Source: Candidatus Poribacteria bacterium (GTDB lineage: Bacteria; Poribacteria; WGA-4E; WGA-3G). From it: 64,000 nucleotides of DNA. Below are positions 41,733 to 53,800 of this stretch, one piece after another. The translations under genes were made by a program, and so were the position numbers. The notes under the pieces are model-generated. The model searched no databases, was not told where the DNA came from, and worked only from the letters and a program-made list of their open reading frames with translations. Numbering within the stretch: position 1 is the stretch's first letter; the number at the start of each line of letters is the position of its first letter. The DNA is taken from NCBI GenBank assembly GCA_965215265.1, contig OZ244048.1, positions 4,256,001 to 4,320,000 of the forward strand, given 5' to 3'.

Positions 41733-42941
41733 GTGACAATGGCAATTCAAATTGTGAAGCCTCGGATTCGTGGGTTTATCTGTACCAACTCGCATCCGGT
41801 TGGCTGTGCGGTTAACGTCCAACACCAAATAGAACTGATTAAACGGAACGTTGCCCATAAACCGACAGAACCAAATGTTCTTGTCATCGGTGCTTCAACG
41901 GGGTACGGACTTGCTTCACGCATTGCATTGACGTGGGGATACGGTGCCAAAACGCTCGGACTCCTCTATGAGAGACCTGCAGATAGCCGGCGCACAGCGA
42001 CTGCGGGCTACTATAACACTGTTGCCTTTCATGAGCAGGCGAGACAAGACGGTTTCTTCGCAACGAGTCTCAACGGAGATGCATTTTCTGATGAGATGAA
42101 ACAGACAACTGTCAGCCACATCCGGGAGAACTTTGGCGAAATAGATGTGCTTGTCTACAGTATCGCCGCGCCGCGCCGCATTCACCCGCGTACTGGAGAA
42201 TCGCATCAGTCTGTCCTGAAGCCGATCGGTGAATCTTATACCGGGAAGACTATCGATCTGAACCGAGAGGTAATTGTTCCTGTGACGATTGAGCCTGCGA
42301 CTCAGACAGAAATTGCGGACACCGTGGCTGTCATGGGCGGCGAAGATCTGGAGATGTGGATGGCGGCTTTGGAAGCTGAAGGATTGCTTGCCCCAGAGGT
42401 AACCGTCGTCGCCTACACCTATATCGGCAGTGCTTTAACCTGGCCAATTTATCGGGATGGTACCATCGGCAAAGCGAAGGATGACCTGAAGGCACGCGTT
42501 GACGCACTTGACGAACGTTTGACAAAAATCCTGGGCGGGCACGCCTATATCTCCGTTAATAAAGCTGTGGTTACGCAGGCATCGGCAGCAATACCAGTTG
42601 TTCCTCTCTACATCAGCATCCTCTACGATATCATGAACACCAAGGGCATCAATGAGGCACCGATCGGGCAGATGCAACGGCTCTTCTCTGAGCACCTCGG
42701 CCCCGGGCTACAGCCACAACTTGATAGCGAACGTTATGTTCGATTGGATGATAGGGAATTGCAGGTAGATGTAACAAACCAGGTCACGGAACGCTGGGAA
42801 CAGATTGATACAAGCAATTTTCATGAACTCTCTGATTACACAGGTTTCAGAAGACGTTTTCGAAACCTATTCGGTTTTGAAGTTGAAGGTGTAAATTACG
42901 ATGAAACTGTAGAGACGGAATTAGCATTTTACAACAATTAA
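41733..42941 (+). CDS. fabV: Trans-2-enoyl-ACP/CoA reductase
   Basis: KPRIRGFICTNSHPVGC, GASTGYGLASRI, NGDAFS, YIG..TWPIYRDGTIGKAK. Confidence 0.93.
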   Translation: MTMAIQIVKPRIRGFICTNSHPVGCAVNVQHQIELIKRNVAHKPTEPNVLVIGASTGYGLASRIALTWGYGAKTLGLLYERPADSRRTATAGYYNTVAFHEQARQDGFFATSLNGDAFSDEMKQTTVSHIRENFGEIDVLVYSIAAPRRIHPRTGESHQSVLKPIGESYTGKTIDLNREVIVPVTIEPATQTEIADTVAVMGGEDLEMWMAALEAEGLLAPEVTVVAYTYIGSALTWPIYRDGTIGKAKDDLKARVDALDERLTKILGGHAYISVNKAVVTQASAAIPVVPLYISILYDIMNTKGINEAPIGQMQRLFSEHLGPGLQPQLDSERYVRLDDRELQVDVTNQVTERWEQIDTSNFHELSDYTGFRRRFRNLFGFEVEGVNYDETVETELAFYNN

Positions 42942-42962
42942 GCAATAGAGGAACACAAACTT

Positions 42963-43691
42963 ATGACACAACCGATTCAAGTTACCGTTTGGAATGAATT
43001 TCGGCATGAGAAAACGAACGAGACGATTCGCGGTATTTACCCCAAGGGCATTCATGCCGCTATCGCCGATGGACTCAACGCCCCGGGCGGTTTTGAAGTG
43101 CGAACCGCAACTTTGGACGAACCCGAACACGGCTTAACAGACGATGTGTTAGGGAACACCGATGTACTGATATGGTGGGGACATGCTGCCCACGGCGCTG
43201 TTGAAGATGCCATCGCTGACAAAGTCCGCGGACGGGTGCTGGATGGAATGGGGCTTATTGTTTTACATTCCGCTCACTACTCTAAGCCATTTACCCGATT
43301 GATGGGCACTTCATGTAGCCTCAAATGGCGCGAAGCAGCGGAAAAAGAACGGCTCTGGGTGATTGAGCATGGACACCCTATTGTAGAAGGACTCGGCGAA
43401 TATTTTGAGATTGAACACGCTGAGATGTACGGAGAACCGTTTGATGTACCCGAACCGGATACCTTAGTTTTCATCAGTTGGTTCCCCGGCGGCGAGGTCT
43501 TCCGGAGCGGTTGTTGCTACTATCGCGGTAGGGGCAAAATCTTCTATTTCCGCCCCGGGCACGAAACTTATCCAATCTATTATGATGAGAACGTGCGGCA
43601 GGTCATTGCGAATGCGGCGAAGTGGGCGGCACCCGGCAATGCACCAACACCTATTTTTGGAAATGCACAACCCTTGGAACCCCTTTCTTAG
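42963..43691 (+). CDS. ThuA (trehalose utilization) domain protein
   Basis: [40 protein letters not shown]. Confidence 0.9.
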   Translation: MTQPIQVTVWNEFRHEKTNETIRGIYPKGIHAAIADGLNAPGGFEVRTATLDEPEHGLTDDVLGNTDVLIWWGHAAHGAVEDAIADKVRGRVLDGMGLIVLHSAHYSKPFTRLMGTSCSLKWREAAEKERLWVIEHGHPIVEGLGEYFEIEHAEMYGEPFDVPEPDTLVFISWFPGGEVFRSGCCYYRGRGKIFYFRPGHETYPIYYDENVRQVIANAAKWAAPGNAPTPIFGNAQPLEPLS

Positions 43692-43765
43692 CAGTGTTGC
43701 TGATTGCGTTCAAATGGACAGGCCACTGTGCCTGTCCAAATCCTTAACGGGAACCTTATAGAAAG

Positions 43766-45262
43766 ATGAAAGCCGAAGAAACACAGACGCATAATCAGGC
43801 CTCGAAAAAAAATGAGATTCCGCCTGTCAGTAGCCCCCTACGCTGAGCCCTAGTTTATGAGGAAAATCATTGCACTTGCCGCGGTGTTCGGCCCCGCCGC
43901 GATTGTTGCATCCGTGAGCATCGGTACCGGTGAGACAATCGTTGTTGTCCGTGCCGGGGCTTGGGCGGGGTACGGCTTGCTCTGGCTTGTACTGCTGAGT
44001 TATGTCGTTAAAGGGGTTTTTGTGACGTATCTGCTTGGCCGCTATACCGCAGTGAGCGGCGAGTACATCGGGAACAGGCTTGTCAAACTGCCCGGTCCGA
44101 GAGGTTGGTTGCTGATTGCTATTGTCCTCTTAGAGGTGATAGGTGCACCGTTAGCCTGGGTGCCAATTGCGAAACCGTACGGCGCACTGCTGCACTTTTT
44201 GTTTAAAGACGGCTTCTCTACCGCTATTTCGCAGCCCATCTGGGAGAACCTTATAACTTCGGCGTTCATTAGTTTCGCGCTTCTCTTCGGATTAAGGCTC
44301 TCATTTGATAAGCTGGAAAAACAGCAGCTAATCATTTGTGGTATTCTCGTCGTTGGAACAATTATCGGCACATTGATGGTACGTCCAGATTTTGGAAAGG
44401 CGATCGTTGGAAGTTTCAGTTTTGCTCATCTGACTGACTTCCCGGAATGGACACCGACCGACACAGTCAAAAACCCACTGCTCACAATGGCGACAACGTT
44501 CGGTTATGTTGGCGGCTCAGTGACGGGTTATGTGGTTTACGCAAATTGGGTCAGCCTTCACCGATGGGGAATGACATCACACCAAAATATTGATGCCATC
44601 CGCCGCCACGCCGCCGGACGAGATAAAATCGACTACCTCCCTAACAAATCTGAACAAGTCAACGGGTTGCGTCAAATCCTTGCCCCTTTGCGGTGGGATA
44701 TTGGTATGGGTGCAGTCGTTTGTTCATTGTAACAGCGGCATTCATGATATCTGGTGCCGCCGTCTTATATCCACCCAAAAACTCATTTGAAGGGTGGAGT
44801 TTACTCACAGATAAGGCAAGCATCTGGAAGAACATTCACCCAACGCTGGTTTGGGTTTACTATATTTGCATCATTATGGCGCTATGGGGTACGCTGCAGG
44901 CACTCCCCGAAATTTACGCGTGCGTTATCCAAGAATTCTTTCAGGCAGTCTGGCTGGAACGAAAATTTGGGTACGACACAATCCGGCGATGGATCTGTCT
45001 CTATATTTTCCTTACCACGATGGTAATCATCTGGTTGAACATTCCGTTCGACATTTTAACGCAAATCGTTGGGTTTATTTTAGCAAATTTTTCCATTGCT
45101 TTAATGATGCTTGCTGTACTGTATCTAAACTTCAAACTTCCAACTGCCTATCGTACGCGGCCGTTCATGCTCGTCGGTTCCCTAATTCCCTCTGTCGTTC
45201 TCATCGTCTTTGCAGGCAGTAGTGCTTGGGGCCTATTCATCAAGTTCTTTGCTGGAAATTAA
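43766..45262 (+). pseudogene. NRAMP/MntH-like transporter, disrupted
   Basis: GPAAIVASVSIGTGE...G..LLW; premature stop near 43845 and a frameshift near 44720 splitting ORFs 43857-44732 and 44693-45262. Confidence 0.75.
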
Positions 45263-45377
45263 GGTTGACACCTTTTAAATAAAAATATAGAATTCCCTTA
45301 GCACGCACGATGCAGAGTCGTGTTAACGAAATCTTTTTAGTTAGCAAATCATCAAAATTTGCAAAGGAGATGGAACC

Positions 45378-46100
45378 ATGGCAAACATTAAAGAGAGACT
45401 TAATCAACTGCAGCAAGACGGGTTTCTTGTGATTGAAGGCGCGTTGTCGCCGGAAGAAACGGAACAAATTCGGCAGCGGGTTAACTATGCACGTGAAATG
45501 CAATGGGAAGAGGGTTTAAACGCTGTCGGCAATATGTGGTTTGATAGTCTATTGGATCGGGAACCTGATACTTATGCTCCACTTGTTGGACATCCAAGCG
45601 TTCGCCCCTATCTTGAAGGATTGATGGGTAAACAGTGTCAACTCCGTAGTCTACGGGCACACATTAACCCGGGGCCCTATCTCCAAGAGTGGCACATGGA
45701 TTTCTACGGCTATTGGCACGAAAAACGGTATGCTGACGAACATCCGTTTGCGATGGCTCCGGTGGGGATTAATACCACCTTCTATTTTCAAAACAACGAC
45801 CCCGGTGAAGGACATCTTAAGTTTATCAAAGGCGGGCATCTTAACGAACCACCGCATCTGTATCCGTTAAATCGACCGAAATTCGAGGCATGGTGTGAGG
45901 CACAAGAGCATGTAATCCTGTACCCGAAAGCAGGAGACTGTGTTGTATTCATCAATCACATTCCGCACCAAGGTGCCAAAGAACGCGACGATATGGAACG
46001 GAGCAATGTGGTATGTCACTATCAGGTGACACCGATGTATGAAGGGGTTTGGCATGTCTCGCGCCCGCGTGGGTATCAAGGGACCTTCCCATTTGCTTAG
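45378..46100 (+). CDS. PhyH-family dioxygenase
   Basis: DGFLVIEGALS, WHMD, AGDCVVF..H.PH. Confidence 0.85.
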   Translation: MANIKERLNQLQQDGFLVIEGALSPEETEQIRQRVNYAREMQWEEGLNAVGNMWFDSLLDREPDTYAPLVGHPSVRPYLEGLMGKQCQLRSLRAHINPGPYLQEWHMDFYGYWHEKRYADEHPFAMAPVGINTTFYFQNNDPGEGHLKFIKGGHLNEPPHLYPLNRPKFEAWCEAQEHVILYPKAGDCVVFINHIPHQGAKERDDMERSNVVCHYQVTPMYEGVWHVSRPRGYQGTFPFA

Positions 46101-46301
46101 AGCGCTTCACAAACCGTTTCTTGTTTCCCTTTCATTGGGCAGAGGATGCTCTGCCCTTGGACACCATGTTAGACGAATCTCTTAATGATGATATTCCTCA
46201 CTCGCAGCGTTAATCTCACCGGTTCGCGCTTAACTACATGTTACACGGATATTACAAAGATTCGCATAACCATTAGTAAACTAAAGTCAGGGAGAATACT
46301 C

Positions 46302-47097
46302 ATGCGCGATGTTATCCGGTTTGTATGTCCTATGTATTTATTGACAGTCAGTTTCCAAATTCCCAGCACAGCGAAAGAATTAAAAGGTTTAGTCGTTTAC
46401 TTCGCATTTGAAGAGAGCAGCGGTCAAACCGTCGCAGACCTATCTGGAAACCGGAATGATGGCAAACTAGAAGGTGACATCTCGTGGGGTGATGGGAAAT
46501 TCGGGCGTGCCGTCAATTTTGGTGGGAAGGATGGCATCATTCGCGTGGAGCATTCCGACTCGTTTGAATTTACCGATGGAATTACGATTGCAGCATGGGT
46601 TCGCCCTACATTGAAGGCTGGTCCCGGCACATGGCAGCTGATCGCAGCTAAGGGGCCGGATGTGGACGAATTTTTTGAGATACTCCTCCATCCGGATGGG
46701 TTGGAAATTGTCAGGAGGACGTTCGGTTCCAGCACAAAGTCCTCGCAATATCGTCAAAGATAAGTGGCAACACGTTGCGGTTTCGTTTCAATCAAGGGAT
46801 TTTTGGACTGTCTATCTCGACGGTGAAGTTCTGATCTATTACCCAAAGACCAATGACAAATTGATACCGATTGAGTCTCCTTTATTGCTGGGTGTTGAAG
46901 AGCCTCTCAATTTGAACCGTTACTACAACGGTGACATGGACGACTTTGCTCTCTTTAGCCATGGGCTTTCCAATACCGAAATCAAAGAAATTCAGGGCGG
47001 TATCCAATAAATTTTGGCTGTTGAACCGGCTGCGAAATTATCGACAATGTGGGGTTTTCTTAAACAGAGATATACTGCTCGCGATGTGTCAAATTGA
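46302..47097 (+). pseudogene. LamG-like protein pseudogene
   Basis: Frameshift near 46700; TAA at 47008-47010 precedes the in-frame tail ILAVEPAAKLSTMWGFLK. Confidence 0.8.
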
Positions 47098-47291
47098 CGA
47101 ATCGCCTAGAAGTGTGCCAATTTGGCAGAGCACGCACTCGGATATCCCTCATTTCATGCGATTCTTGTTGGCACAGATATTGCACAATACTTGTACGGTT
47201 TTCGCTGTGAGTGAACGACCGAGCATCGGGAACCACAATCTTTAATCGCATAGTATGAAAAAAAAATAATTGACAAGAAAGGATATTTGAA

Positions 47292-49208
47292 ATGAGCAAA
47301 GTCATTGGAATTGATTTAGGAACAACTAATTCATGTGTTGCTGTTTTAGAGAGCGGCGACGCGAAGGTTCTCGAAAACACGGAAGGGAACCGCACGACAC
47401 CCTCAGTCGTCGCTTTTACCAAGGAAGGAGAACGGCCAGTCGGACAAGTCGCCAAGAGACAAGCCATCACCAATCCTAAAAATACGATTTTTTCCATAAA
47501 ACGGTTCATGGGGCGAAAATACAACGAGATCGGCGATGATGCTTCACGCGTGCCTTATGAATTAAAAAGCGATAAAGATGGGGATGTCGCAGTAAACATT
47601 GAGGGTAAAGATTATTCACCACCTGAAATTTCAGCGATGGTTTTGCGAAAAATGAAAGAGACTGCCGAGGTGTACCTCGGTGAAGAAGTTACGCAAGCCG
47701 TTATCACGGTGCCTGCCTACTTTAATGACTCACAACGGCAAGCAACGGCAGATGCAGGCAAAATCGCCGGGTTAGAAGTCCAGCGGATTATCAATGAGCC
47801 TACGGCTGCATCGCTTGCTTACGGATTACAGAATGAAGGCGACCGGAAAATTGCTGTCTATGACTTAGGCGGCGGCACCTTTGATATCTCTATCCTAGAA
47901 ATTGGCGACGGAGTCTTTGAGGTGAAAAGCACAAATGGGGATACCCATCTCGGCGGTGATGACTTTGACCAGGCAGTTATTGACTGGATGGCGCAAGAAT
48001 TTCTGAGTAGTGAAGGCATAGATCTTCGCAATGATGGCATGGCGTTACAGCGTTTGAAAGATGCAGCTGAGACGGCTAAATGTGAACTCTCAAGTACGCT
48101 ACAGACTGAAATCAACTTGCCGTTTATTACAGTTGATGCGAGCGGCCCAAAACACCTCAATTTGACGCTCACCCGTTCAAAATTAGAGCAGATTACAGAC
48201 GAGCTCGTCGAACGTTCACTTAAGCCATGCCGGCAAGCACTCTCTGATGCAGAAATGAACCCATCGGATATTGACGAAGTTATCCTCGTTGGTGGACAGA
48301 CGCGGATGCCTAAAGTACAGGAAGCTGTCCAACAGCTCTTCGGGAAAGAGCCACATAAAGGGGTCAACCCGGACGAGGTCGTCGCTGTGGGCGCTGCAAT
48401 TCAAGGAGGGGTCCTGGCCGGAGACGAGGAAGTCAAGGATATTCTGTTGCTGGATGTAACCCCTCTTTCACTCGGTATTGAGACGTTGGGTGGCATATTC
48501 ACGCGGCTGATTGAGAAGAATACCACCATCCCTACAAAAAAATCGCAGACGTTCACTACAGCTGAAGACAACCAGTCAGCTGTCGACGTGCATGTGCTCC
48601 AAGGCGAACGGGAGCAATCCGTTTACAACAAGACTATCGGCCGGTTTCGATTAAGCGAGCTGCCACCTGCCCCTAGAGGCATGCCGCAGATTGAGGTAAC
48701 ATTTGATATTGATGCGAACGGTATCCTCAATGTCTCCGCCAAGGATACCGCAACCGGTAAAGAACAGAAGATTACGATTACTGCCTCCTCCGGGCTGACG
48801 GATGCCGAGATCGAGCAGATGGTAAAAGATGCTGAAGTGCATGCGGAAGAGGATAAACAGAAAAAAGAAGAAGTCGAAACCCGCAACCGGGCCGATTCTC
48901 TGGTTTATGAAACCGAGAAAAACCTGAAGGAATTCGAGGATAAGGTAGACGACGCAACCAAGGAAAAAGTAAACAGTGCTGTCGCGCGCGTGAAGCAAGC
49001 ATTGGAAGCAAAGAATCTGGAGGAAATCAAATCTGCAAGTGATGCACTCACCCAAGTCTGGCACGAGGCATCGGCGCAGCTTTACCAACAAACAGCTGGA
49101 GCTGATCCGAACGCAGCTCCCGGAGAACCCACCTCTTCTGAACCAGTAGATAGCGAGGTTGTTGACGCTGAGTACGAAGTCGTTGACGAGGATAAAGACA
49201 AGAAGTAA
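47292..49208 (+). CDS. dnaK: Chaperone DnaK (Hsp70)
   Basis: [35 protein letters not shown]-terminal VDAEYE. Confidence 0.98.
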   Translation: MSKVIGIDLGTTNSCVAVLESGDAKVLENTEGNRTTPSVVAFTKEGERPVGQVAKRQAITNPKNTIFSIKRFMGRKYNEIGDDASRVPYELKSDKDGDVAVNIEGKDYSPPEISAMVLRKMKETAEVYLGEEVTQAVITVPAYFNDSQRQATADAGKIAGLEVQRIINEPTAASLAYGLQNEGDRKIAVYDLGGGTFDISILEIGDGVFEVKSTNGDTHLGGDDFDQAVIDWMAQEFLSSEGIDLRNDGMALQRLKDAAETAKCELSSTLQTEINLPFITVDASGPKHLNLTLTRSKLEQITDELVERSLKPCRQALSDAEMNPSDIDEVILVGGQTRMPKVQEAVQQLFGKEPHKGVNPDEVVAVGAAIQGGVLAGDEEVKDILLLDVTPLSLGIETLGGIFTRLIEKNTTIPTKKSQTFTTAEDNQSAVDVHVLQGEREQSVYNKTIGRFRLSELPPAPRGMPQIEVTFDIDANGILNVSAKDTATGKEQKITITASSGLTDAEIEQMVKDAEVHAEEDKQKKEEVETRNRADSLVYETEKNLKEFEDKVDDATKEKVNSAVARVKQALEAKNLEEIKSASDALTQVWHEASAQLYQQTAGADPNAAPGEPTSSEPVDSEVVDAEYEVVDEDKDKK

Positions 49209-49318
49209 CGCGTTTCTCTCCTTTCCGATCTCTGCAAAATTGTGCAAACTAAGTTATAGTGAGAACGTTTAGTCTGTTGTGCTCTCATGAAGACTCTATT
49301 ATATCGGAGGTCTCTCCA

Positions 49319-49670
49319 ATCGCTTATAGCGATTGGACTTTAGAATCGGTAGTACCAGCGTTTCAACTAGAAAAGGTTGACACCGCGGGTCTCTTTTCTG
49401 AAGTAGAGCCGGTGGCACCAAGTGCTTTTCTCGCGACGACTTTGGCGAGAAAAGCACCGCTAGCTATTGCTATCGGAACAGAGAAAGCACACTCGGAACT
49501 TATTGTCGCTGATATTCTCATTGAACTCCTTGAATATAATCGTGAGAGCCTCAGTTTTTTTGAGGGATTGACTTCAGCGTAGATGCCGAAAACGGTTTGG
49601 TGGGTGTGTGCGATTTTTTAGTGAGTCTGTCGCCAAACCAATTTTATCTCGAGGCACCTATCATCATCGA
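49319..49670 (+). pseudogene. Degraded gene of a conserved hypothetical family (possibly restriction-endonuclease fold)
   Basis: AYSDWTLESV..TEKAHSELIVADIL; frameshift near 49560 to GIDFSVDAENGLVGVCDFL; truncated. Confidence 0.5.
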
Positions 49671-49738
49671 CAGCTTATGTAGCACCATATTGTCTATTTG
49701 CTTCAAGAGTTATAAGATTCAATTGACGACATTTCTCA

Positions 49739-50149
49739 TCATTTTCTCTGCGCCGGGCCGCCGGTAGCCCCTAACTTAAAAAACTGGCCTGAGTTGAAAT
49801 AATAGATTATTCTTCGGGTTTCACCGGATGAAATCCAGACGGAGGTGAGCTTGCTCTTGGGCACTCTTTCTTCTGCCAAGAGTTCACTGTCACCATCAAA
49901 CAGATATAAAAAACCTACCGTATCTGCTCTACCCACTTCAATCTCAAGTGTGAGTGTCCCAACCTCTTCAAACGCCCTTGTGTCAATCACAACGACAGTG
50001 TAATCTTGGTAGCCAACCGTTGGTGTCCAAAAAATGTCTAATACTTCTTGAAAAGGTTGTTCACTGCTGAGGACAACATTGCCCACCCCGGGGAATTTAT
50101 CTTCCAAAGATACCTTTTTTAGAAAAAAAGCTAAAGATTTTTTGCCCAC
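49739..50149 (-). CDS. Hypothetical protein fragment
   Basis: 136-aa ORF without a clear RBS, between two pseudogenes. Confidence 0.35.
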   Translation of the reverse strand: MGKKSLAFFLKKVSLEDKFPGVGNVVLSSEQPFQEVLDIFWTPTVGYQDYTVVVIDTRAFEEVGTLTLEIEVGRADTVGFLYLFDGDSELLAEERVPKSKLTSVWISSGETRRIIYYFNSGQFFKLGATGGPAQRK

Positions 50150-50152
50150 GTG

Positions 50153-50458
50153 GTTGAGGATGTCACGAAGGTGCAGCTCATCGAGATATTGCGTCGGATG
50201 CTGGCATAATTACCGGTAAATGAACGCCAGATACTCACGCTGAAATTTTTTCATGATTTGAGCGGCGTAGTGGTTGCACGGGAAATGAACATGTCGGAGG
50301 GGCGCGTGAGTCAACTCACCGGCAGTGCGTTGGCCCGCTTGAAAAGAGGTATCCTTCGTGAACTTAAGGAAAAACAGGTGGAACGGCAATTGGCTGTCGC
50401 CGGGACTGATTCGGAAACTGATTTTGGTTATAAAGAAGTTTACATAAACTCTCTATGA
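50153..50458 (+). pseudogene. FliA/WhiG-like sigma factor region-4 remnant
   Basis: L..*LPVNERQILTLKFFHDLS...VAREMNMSEGRVSQL...AL.RLK with an in-frame TAA near 50207; 5' part absent. Confidence 0.7.
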
Positions 50459-50577
50459 ATGCTTATACGGAGGTATACTGTCATGAGAAACTCTGTTTTG
50501 CGGATTGCCCAGGTAACGCTGCTCACGGTGGTGTTGGTTTTTGGAACACTGCAACATCACCCTTTTAAGGAGGGATT

Positions 50578-52059
50578 ATGCTACGCACACTAATACGTCA
50601 AGAGTTGCTCGTGCATCTGATGAGCGCGCGATTCTTCGCCGCTGTCGTCATTACCTTGCTGCTAGTCGTCGCCAATACGTTTGTGTTGCTCGGCGCGTAT
50701 GAAGAGAGGTTCGCTAACTATAGCGAGCAAGAACGGGTGATGCGCGAGAAGATCTCCGCTGCACCCACCTATTCGTCCTTAAGGTTGGCAGTGGAACGTT
50801 TCCCTAACCCCTTGAGTCTCTTTAGTGTAGGACTCGACACACGGTTCGGGAGTTCTGTTGATATCCATCATAGGATGGTGCCGTCCCTGCTTGAGAAGGG
50901 CACACCACTCAGTTCAAAGAACCCATATTTGAACCTCTTCATGCACATCGATCTGATGTTCATCTTCCAAGTTGTGTTGAGTCTCCTTGCGCTGCTCTTC
51001 GCTTATGATGCGATTGCCGGCGATTCGGAGGCCGGCACCTTGCGTCTGGTACTCTCGCATCCAGTTGGGCGCGGTGCCCTGCTGTTTGCCAAATATCTCG
51101 CCGCCATGGTCTGTCTACTCCTGCCGCTGCTGATGAGCTTCCTGTTTGTCCTCATTCAGTGCCTCCTTGTCACTTCGATGCAGCTCGGCCCGTCGGAATT
51201 TATCCGCATCGGTGGCATCTTTTTGACAACAATCATTTACCTATCCGGGTTTTACCTGATTGGGCTGCTGATTTCTACCGTGACACGCCGTGCTGCGACT
51301 GCGCTCATCCTCTGTATGTTTATATGGGTGGGTTTAGTCCTCGTCTATCCTAACTGGAGCCGGTTTGCTATTGATCCGGTCGGCAATATGCACGCTCGCC
51401 GCAGCTCTGCCTACCAACAGATTGGCCAGATTTTGGAAGAGGAAGTCCGCGAGGAACGGCAATTCCTCGCCAGCAGTCCGCTGAAAGGCGAGCCTTCGCG
51501 CTTTAATGTCAATTTTTCGGAATCTCAGGGGAGCTCTGATGGTCATGGTCCGGATCGGGTTATCGGCAAATTGGCAGATGCCGACGACCCCTTAGTGCCG
51601 CATCTGCAACAATATCATGCGTTCATGAGTAAGGTTCAAACCCGTCTTGCGGAAAGGGCAGGCTTAGTCAAGCAGCAGTTGGGGGCAGAAACCGCGCTAC
51701 GGCAAGCGAGATGGGATGAACGGCTCATGAAGTTGAGTCCGGCGAGTCTCTATACGTTTGCAACTATGGCTTGGGCAGGTACGGATGTGGACGGGATGTT
51801 GGATTATATTCAAGCCACTCGGCGATATCGGCAGACCCTCATCGTCTATCTTCAAGATAAAGGAGCGTTCGGCAGTTTACAATGGTTTGCGACCAATGCT
51901 GGGCCGGTGGACTGGTCCGATTTGCCGCAATTCCGATTTCGTCCAGGCCCAGTGGGTGTGTACGCACAGCGGGCACTGCCGACACTATTTTTATTGTCTG
52001 TTATGAATCTCGGCGTGTTCATGGCGACATTTCTCATTTTTGTTAGGATGGAAGTGTAG
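50578..52059 (+). CDS. ABC-2 type transporter permease
   Basis: 'LFAYDAIAGDSEAGTLRLVLSHPVGR..LLFAKY'. Confidence 0.85.
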   Translation: MLRTLIRQELLVHLMSARFFAAVVITLLLVVANTFVLLGAYEERFANYSEQERVMREKISAAPTYSSLRLAVERFPNPLSLFSVGLDTRFGSSVDIHHRMVPSLLEKGTPLSSKNPYLNLFMHIDLMFIFQVVLSLLALLFAYDAIAGDSEAGTLRLVLSHPVGRGALLFAKYLAAMVCLLLPLLMSFLFVLIQCLLVTSMQLGPSEFIRIGGIFLTTIIYLSGFYLIGLLISTVTRRAATALILCMFIWVGLVLVYPNWSRFAIDPVGNMHARRSSAYQQIGQILEEEVREERQFLASSPLKGEPSRFNVNFSESQGSSDGHGPDRVIGKLADADDPLVPHLQQYHAFMSKVQTRLAERAGLVKQQLGAETALRQARWDERLMKLSPASLYTFATMAWAGTDVDGMLDYIQATRRYRQTLIVYLQDKGAFGSLQWFATNAGPVDWSDLPQFRFRPGPVGVYAQRALPTLFLLSVMNLGVFMATFLIFVRMEV

Positions 52060-52130
52060 TTCCAACAGAACCCGGTGCATGATTAAGTATAAGGAACCCA
52101 GTGCATCATAATGTAAAAGGAAGCTAGTCC

Positions 52131-53642
52131 ATGATTAAAAATATTATCCTCCGTGAATTTTTCGACCATTTAAACAGTCTGAGGTTTGCGTTAACCACGC
52201 TCATCCTAGTAGCTCTGATGGTAACCAACGCTATGGTACATCTACGGATGCACCCGGCACAGGTCCAGCGTTATTCCAAAAATGCCACGGTTGCCCGTAA
52301 CGAGGTAAAGTCTCGGACGCAACTGTATCTCCTGCTGCAAAAAGGCCCTGGCGATTTTTACAAACGCCCCTCGCCCCTCCGCTTCATAGCGGATGGTGGA
52401 GATGCACTGCTGCCGGGCCGGATTGGGAACCCTGGTTCTTGGAACGTGTTTGCAGTGGGTGGGACTGTCAAAAGCGTGTGGTGGCTGCAATATCCGAATG
52501 TGAACATGGGTGCGATAAACAATCTGCGCCCGACGGCAATTGTGATAGATTGGGTGTTTATCATCACCTATCTCCTCTCCTTCCTCCCGATTCTCTTTAC
52601 GTTTGACGCGCTGTCGGGCGAGCGTGAACGAGGAACGCTGCGCCTCTGCCTTGCAAACCCTATTTCGCGCCACGCACTCTTACTCGGCAAATTCATCGGA
52701 GCCCTCCTCGCCGTGCTGATTCCGTTCTATTTCGGCGTGTTGCTCAATTTAGCGATTCTTTCTACGGATGCATCGACTCAGCTTGATGCGGCGGTATGGG
52801 TTCGGTTGGGGTTTATTGTGTTGATTGCATCCTGCTACGCTGGCATCTTCAGCGCTGTGGGACTTATCGTCTCCGCCATCACTAGTGAGAGTCGCTTAGC
52901 GCTGGTACTGCTGTTGTTAATCTGGGTCATGACAGTAGTGTTTATGCCATCAACGCTCGGCACCCTCGCGGCGAAATGGATGGTGCCCGTCCAAACGCGA
53001 TATCAACTTAACAAGGCAAAAAAGGCAGCCATCAATCAGCTCAAAACCGATTACCAGAAGGAAATGGCGCAGCGGTTTGAAAAACGTTCGAGATCGAATA
53101 ACCTCTTCAGCAACCTCCTCACCCTGTCGCCAAAGCAGGCGGAAGCAGCGTCGAAGGCAGCTTTGGAGAAGGTTGACGATGCAGATCTCCCCCTGAAGGC
53201 GGCATTCGTGATGAAAGATGTGGAGATCAGGGAAAAACTGGAACGCGAGCATCTCGCATCTCTGCATGCCCAGGTCTTACGCACGAGAGCCATCACGCGG
53301 TTGTCGCCCGCTGCCATTGTCCAATATACCCTAGAATCTATGGCGGGCACCGGCTTTAACCGCCACTTGCATTTTATTGACAGTGTAAGGCTTCATGTCC
53401 GACAATTCCGGGAATTCATTGAGACACGAGATCGTGCAGATCCAACGAGTCTTCATCTCCTCGGCATTCCGAGAGGCATGTCAGAAAAACCAGTACCACC
53501 GAGAGCTATCCCAATTTTTGATGGTAAGATGACCTTCCGGGAGACGCTGAATACCGCTATGGGCGATATGTTGTTGCTCGTAGTATTGCTCGGAGTGTTC
53601 TTGTTAGGAGCATTCCTCGTCTTCGTCCGATCAGAAGTTTGA
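52131..53642 (+). CDS. ABC-2 type transporter permease (paralog)
   Basis: 'FTFDALSGERERGTLRLCLANPISR..LLLGKF'. Confidence 0.85.
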   Translation: MIKNIILREFFDHLNSLRFALTTLILVALMVTNAMVHLRMHPAQVQRYSKNATVARNEVKSRTQLYLLLQKGPGDFYKRPSPLRFIADGGDALLPGRIGNPGSWNVFAVGGTVKSVWWLQYPNVNMGAINNLRPTAIVIDWVFIITYLLSFLPILFTFDALSGERERGTLRLCLANPISRHALLLGKFIGALLAVLIPFYFGVLLNLAILSTDASTQLDAAVWVRLGFIVLIASCYAGIFSAVGLIVSAITSESRLALVLLLLIWVMTVVFMPSTLGTLAAKWMVPVQTRYQLNKAKKAAINQLKTDYQKEMAQRFEKRSRSNNLFSNLLTLSPKQAEAASKAALEKVDDADLPLKAAFVMKDVEIREKLEREHLASLHAQVLRTRAITRLSPAAIVQYTLESMAGTGFNRHLHFIDSVRLHVRQFREFIETRDRADPTSLHLLGIPRGMSEKPVPPRAIPIFDGKMTFRETLNTAMGDMLLLVVLLGVFLLGAFLVFVRSEV

Positions 53643-53691
53643 TTTGAGTCGTTGCAATGACGCTGTTTTCGATAAAAACGCCATAGGGCAT

Positions 53692-53782
53692 GCAATTATG
53701 AATCTAAACATAAACGGCTCTGACGAGATGTACACAGTGATTAACAAAACATCAGGCGTTGTGGGGCTACAGTATACAAAAA
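53692..53782. repeat. Dispersed ~92-bp element (copy)
   Basis: GAATCTAAACATAAACGGCTCTGACGAGAT...TATACAAAAA. Confidence 0.7.
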
Positions 53783-53800
53783 ATTGAAAGGAGAAATAGT

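Noticed and set aside
47060-49288. Long antisense ORFs opposite dnaK
   Set aside because: This is a known artefact of codon bias on the strand opposite hsp70 genes; no RBS or domain support.
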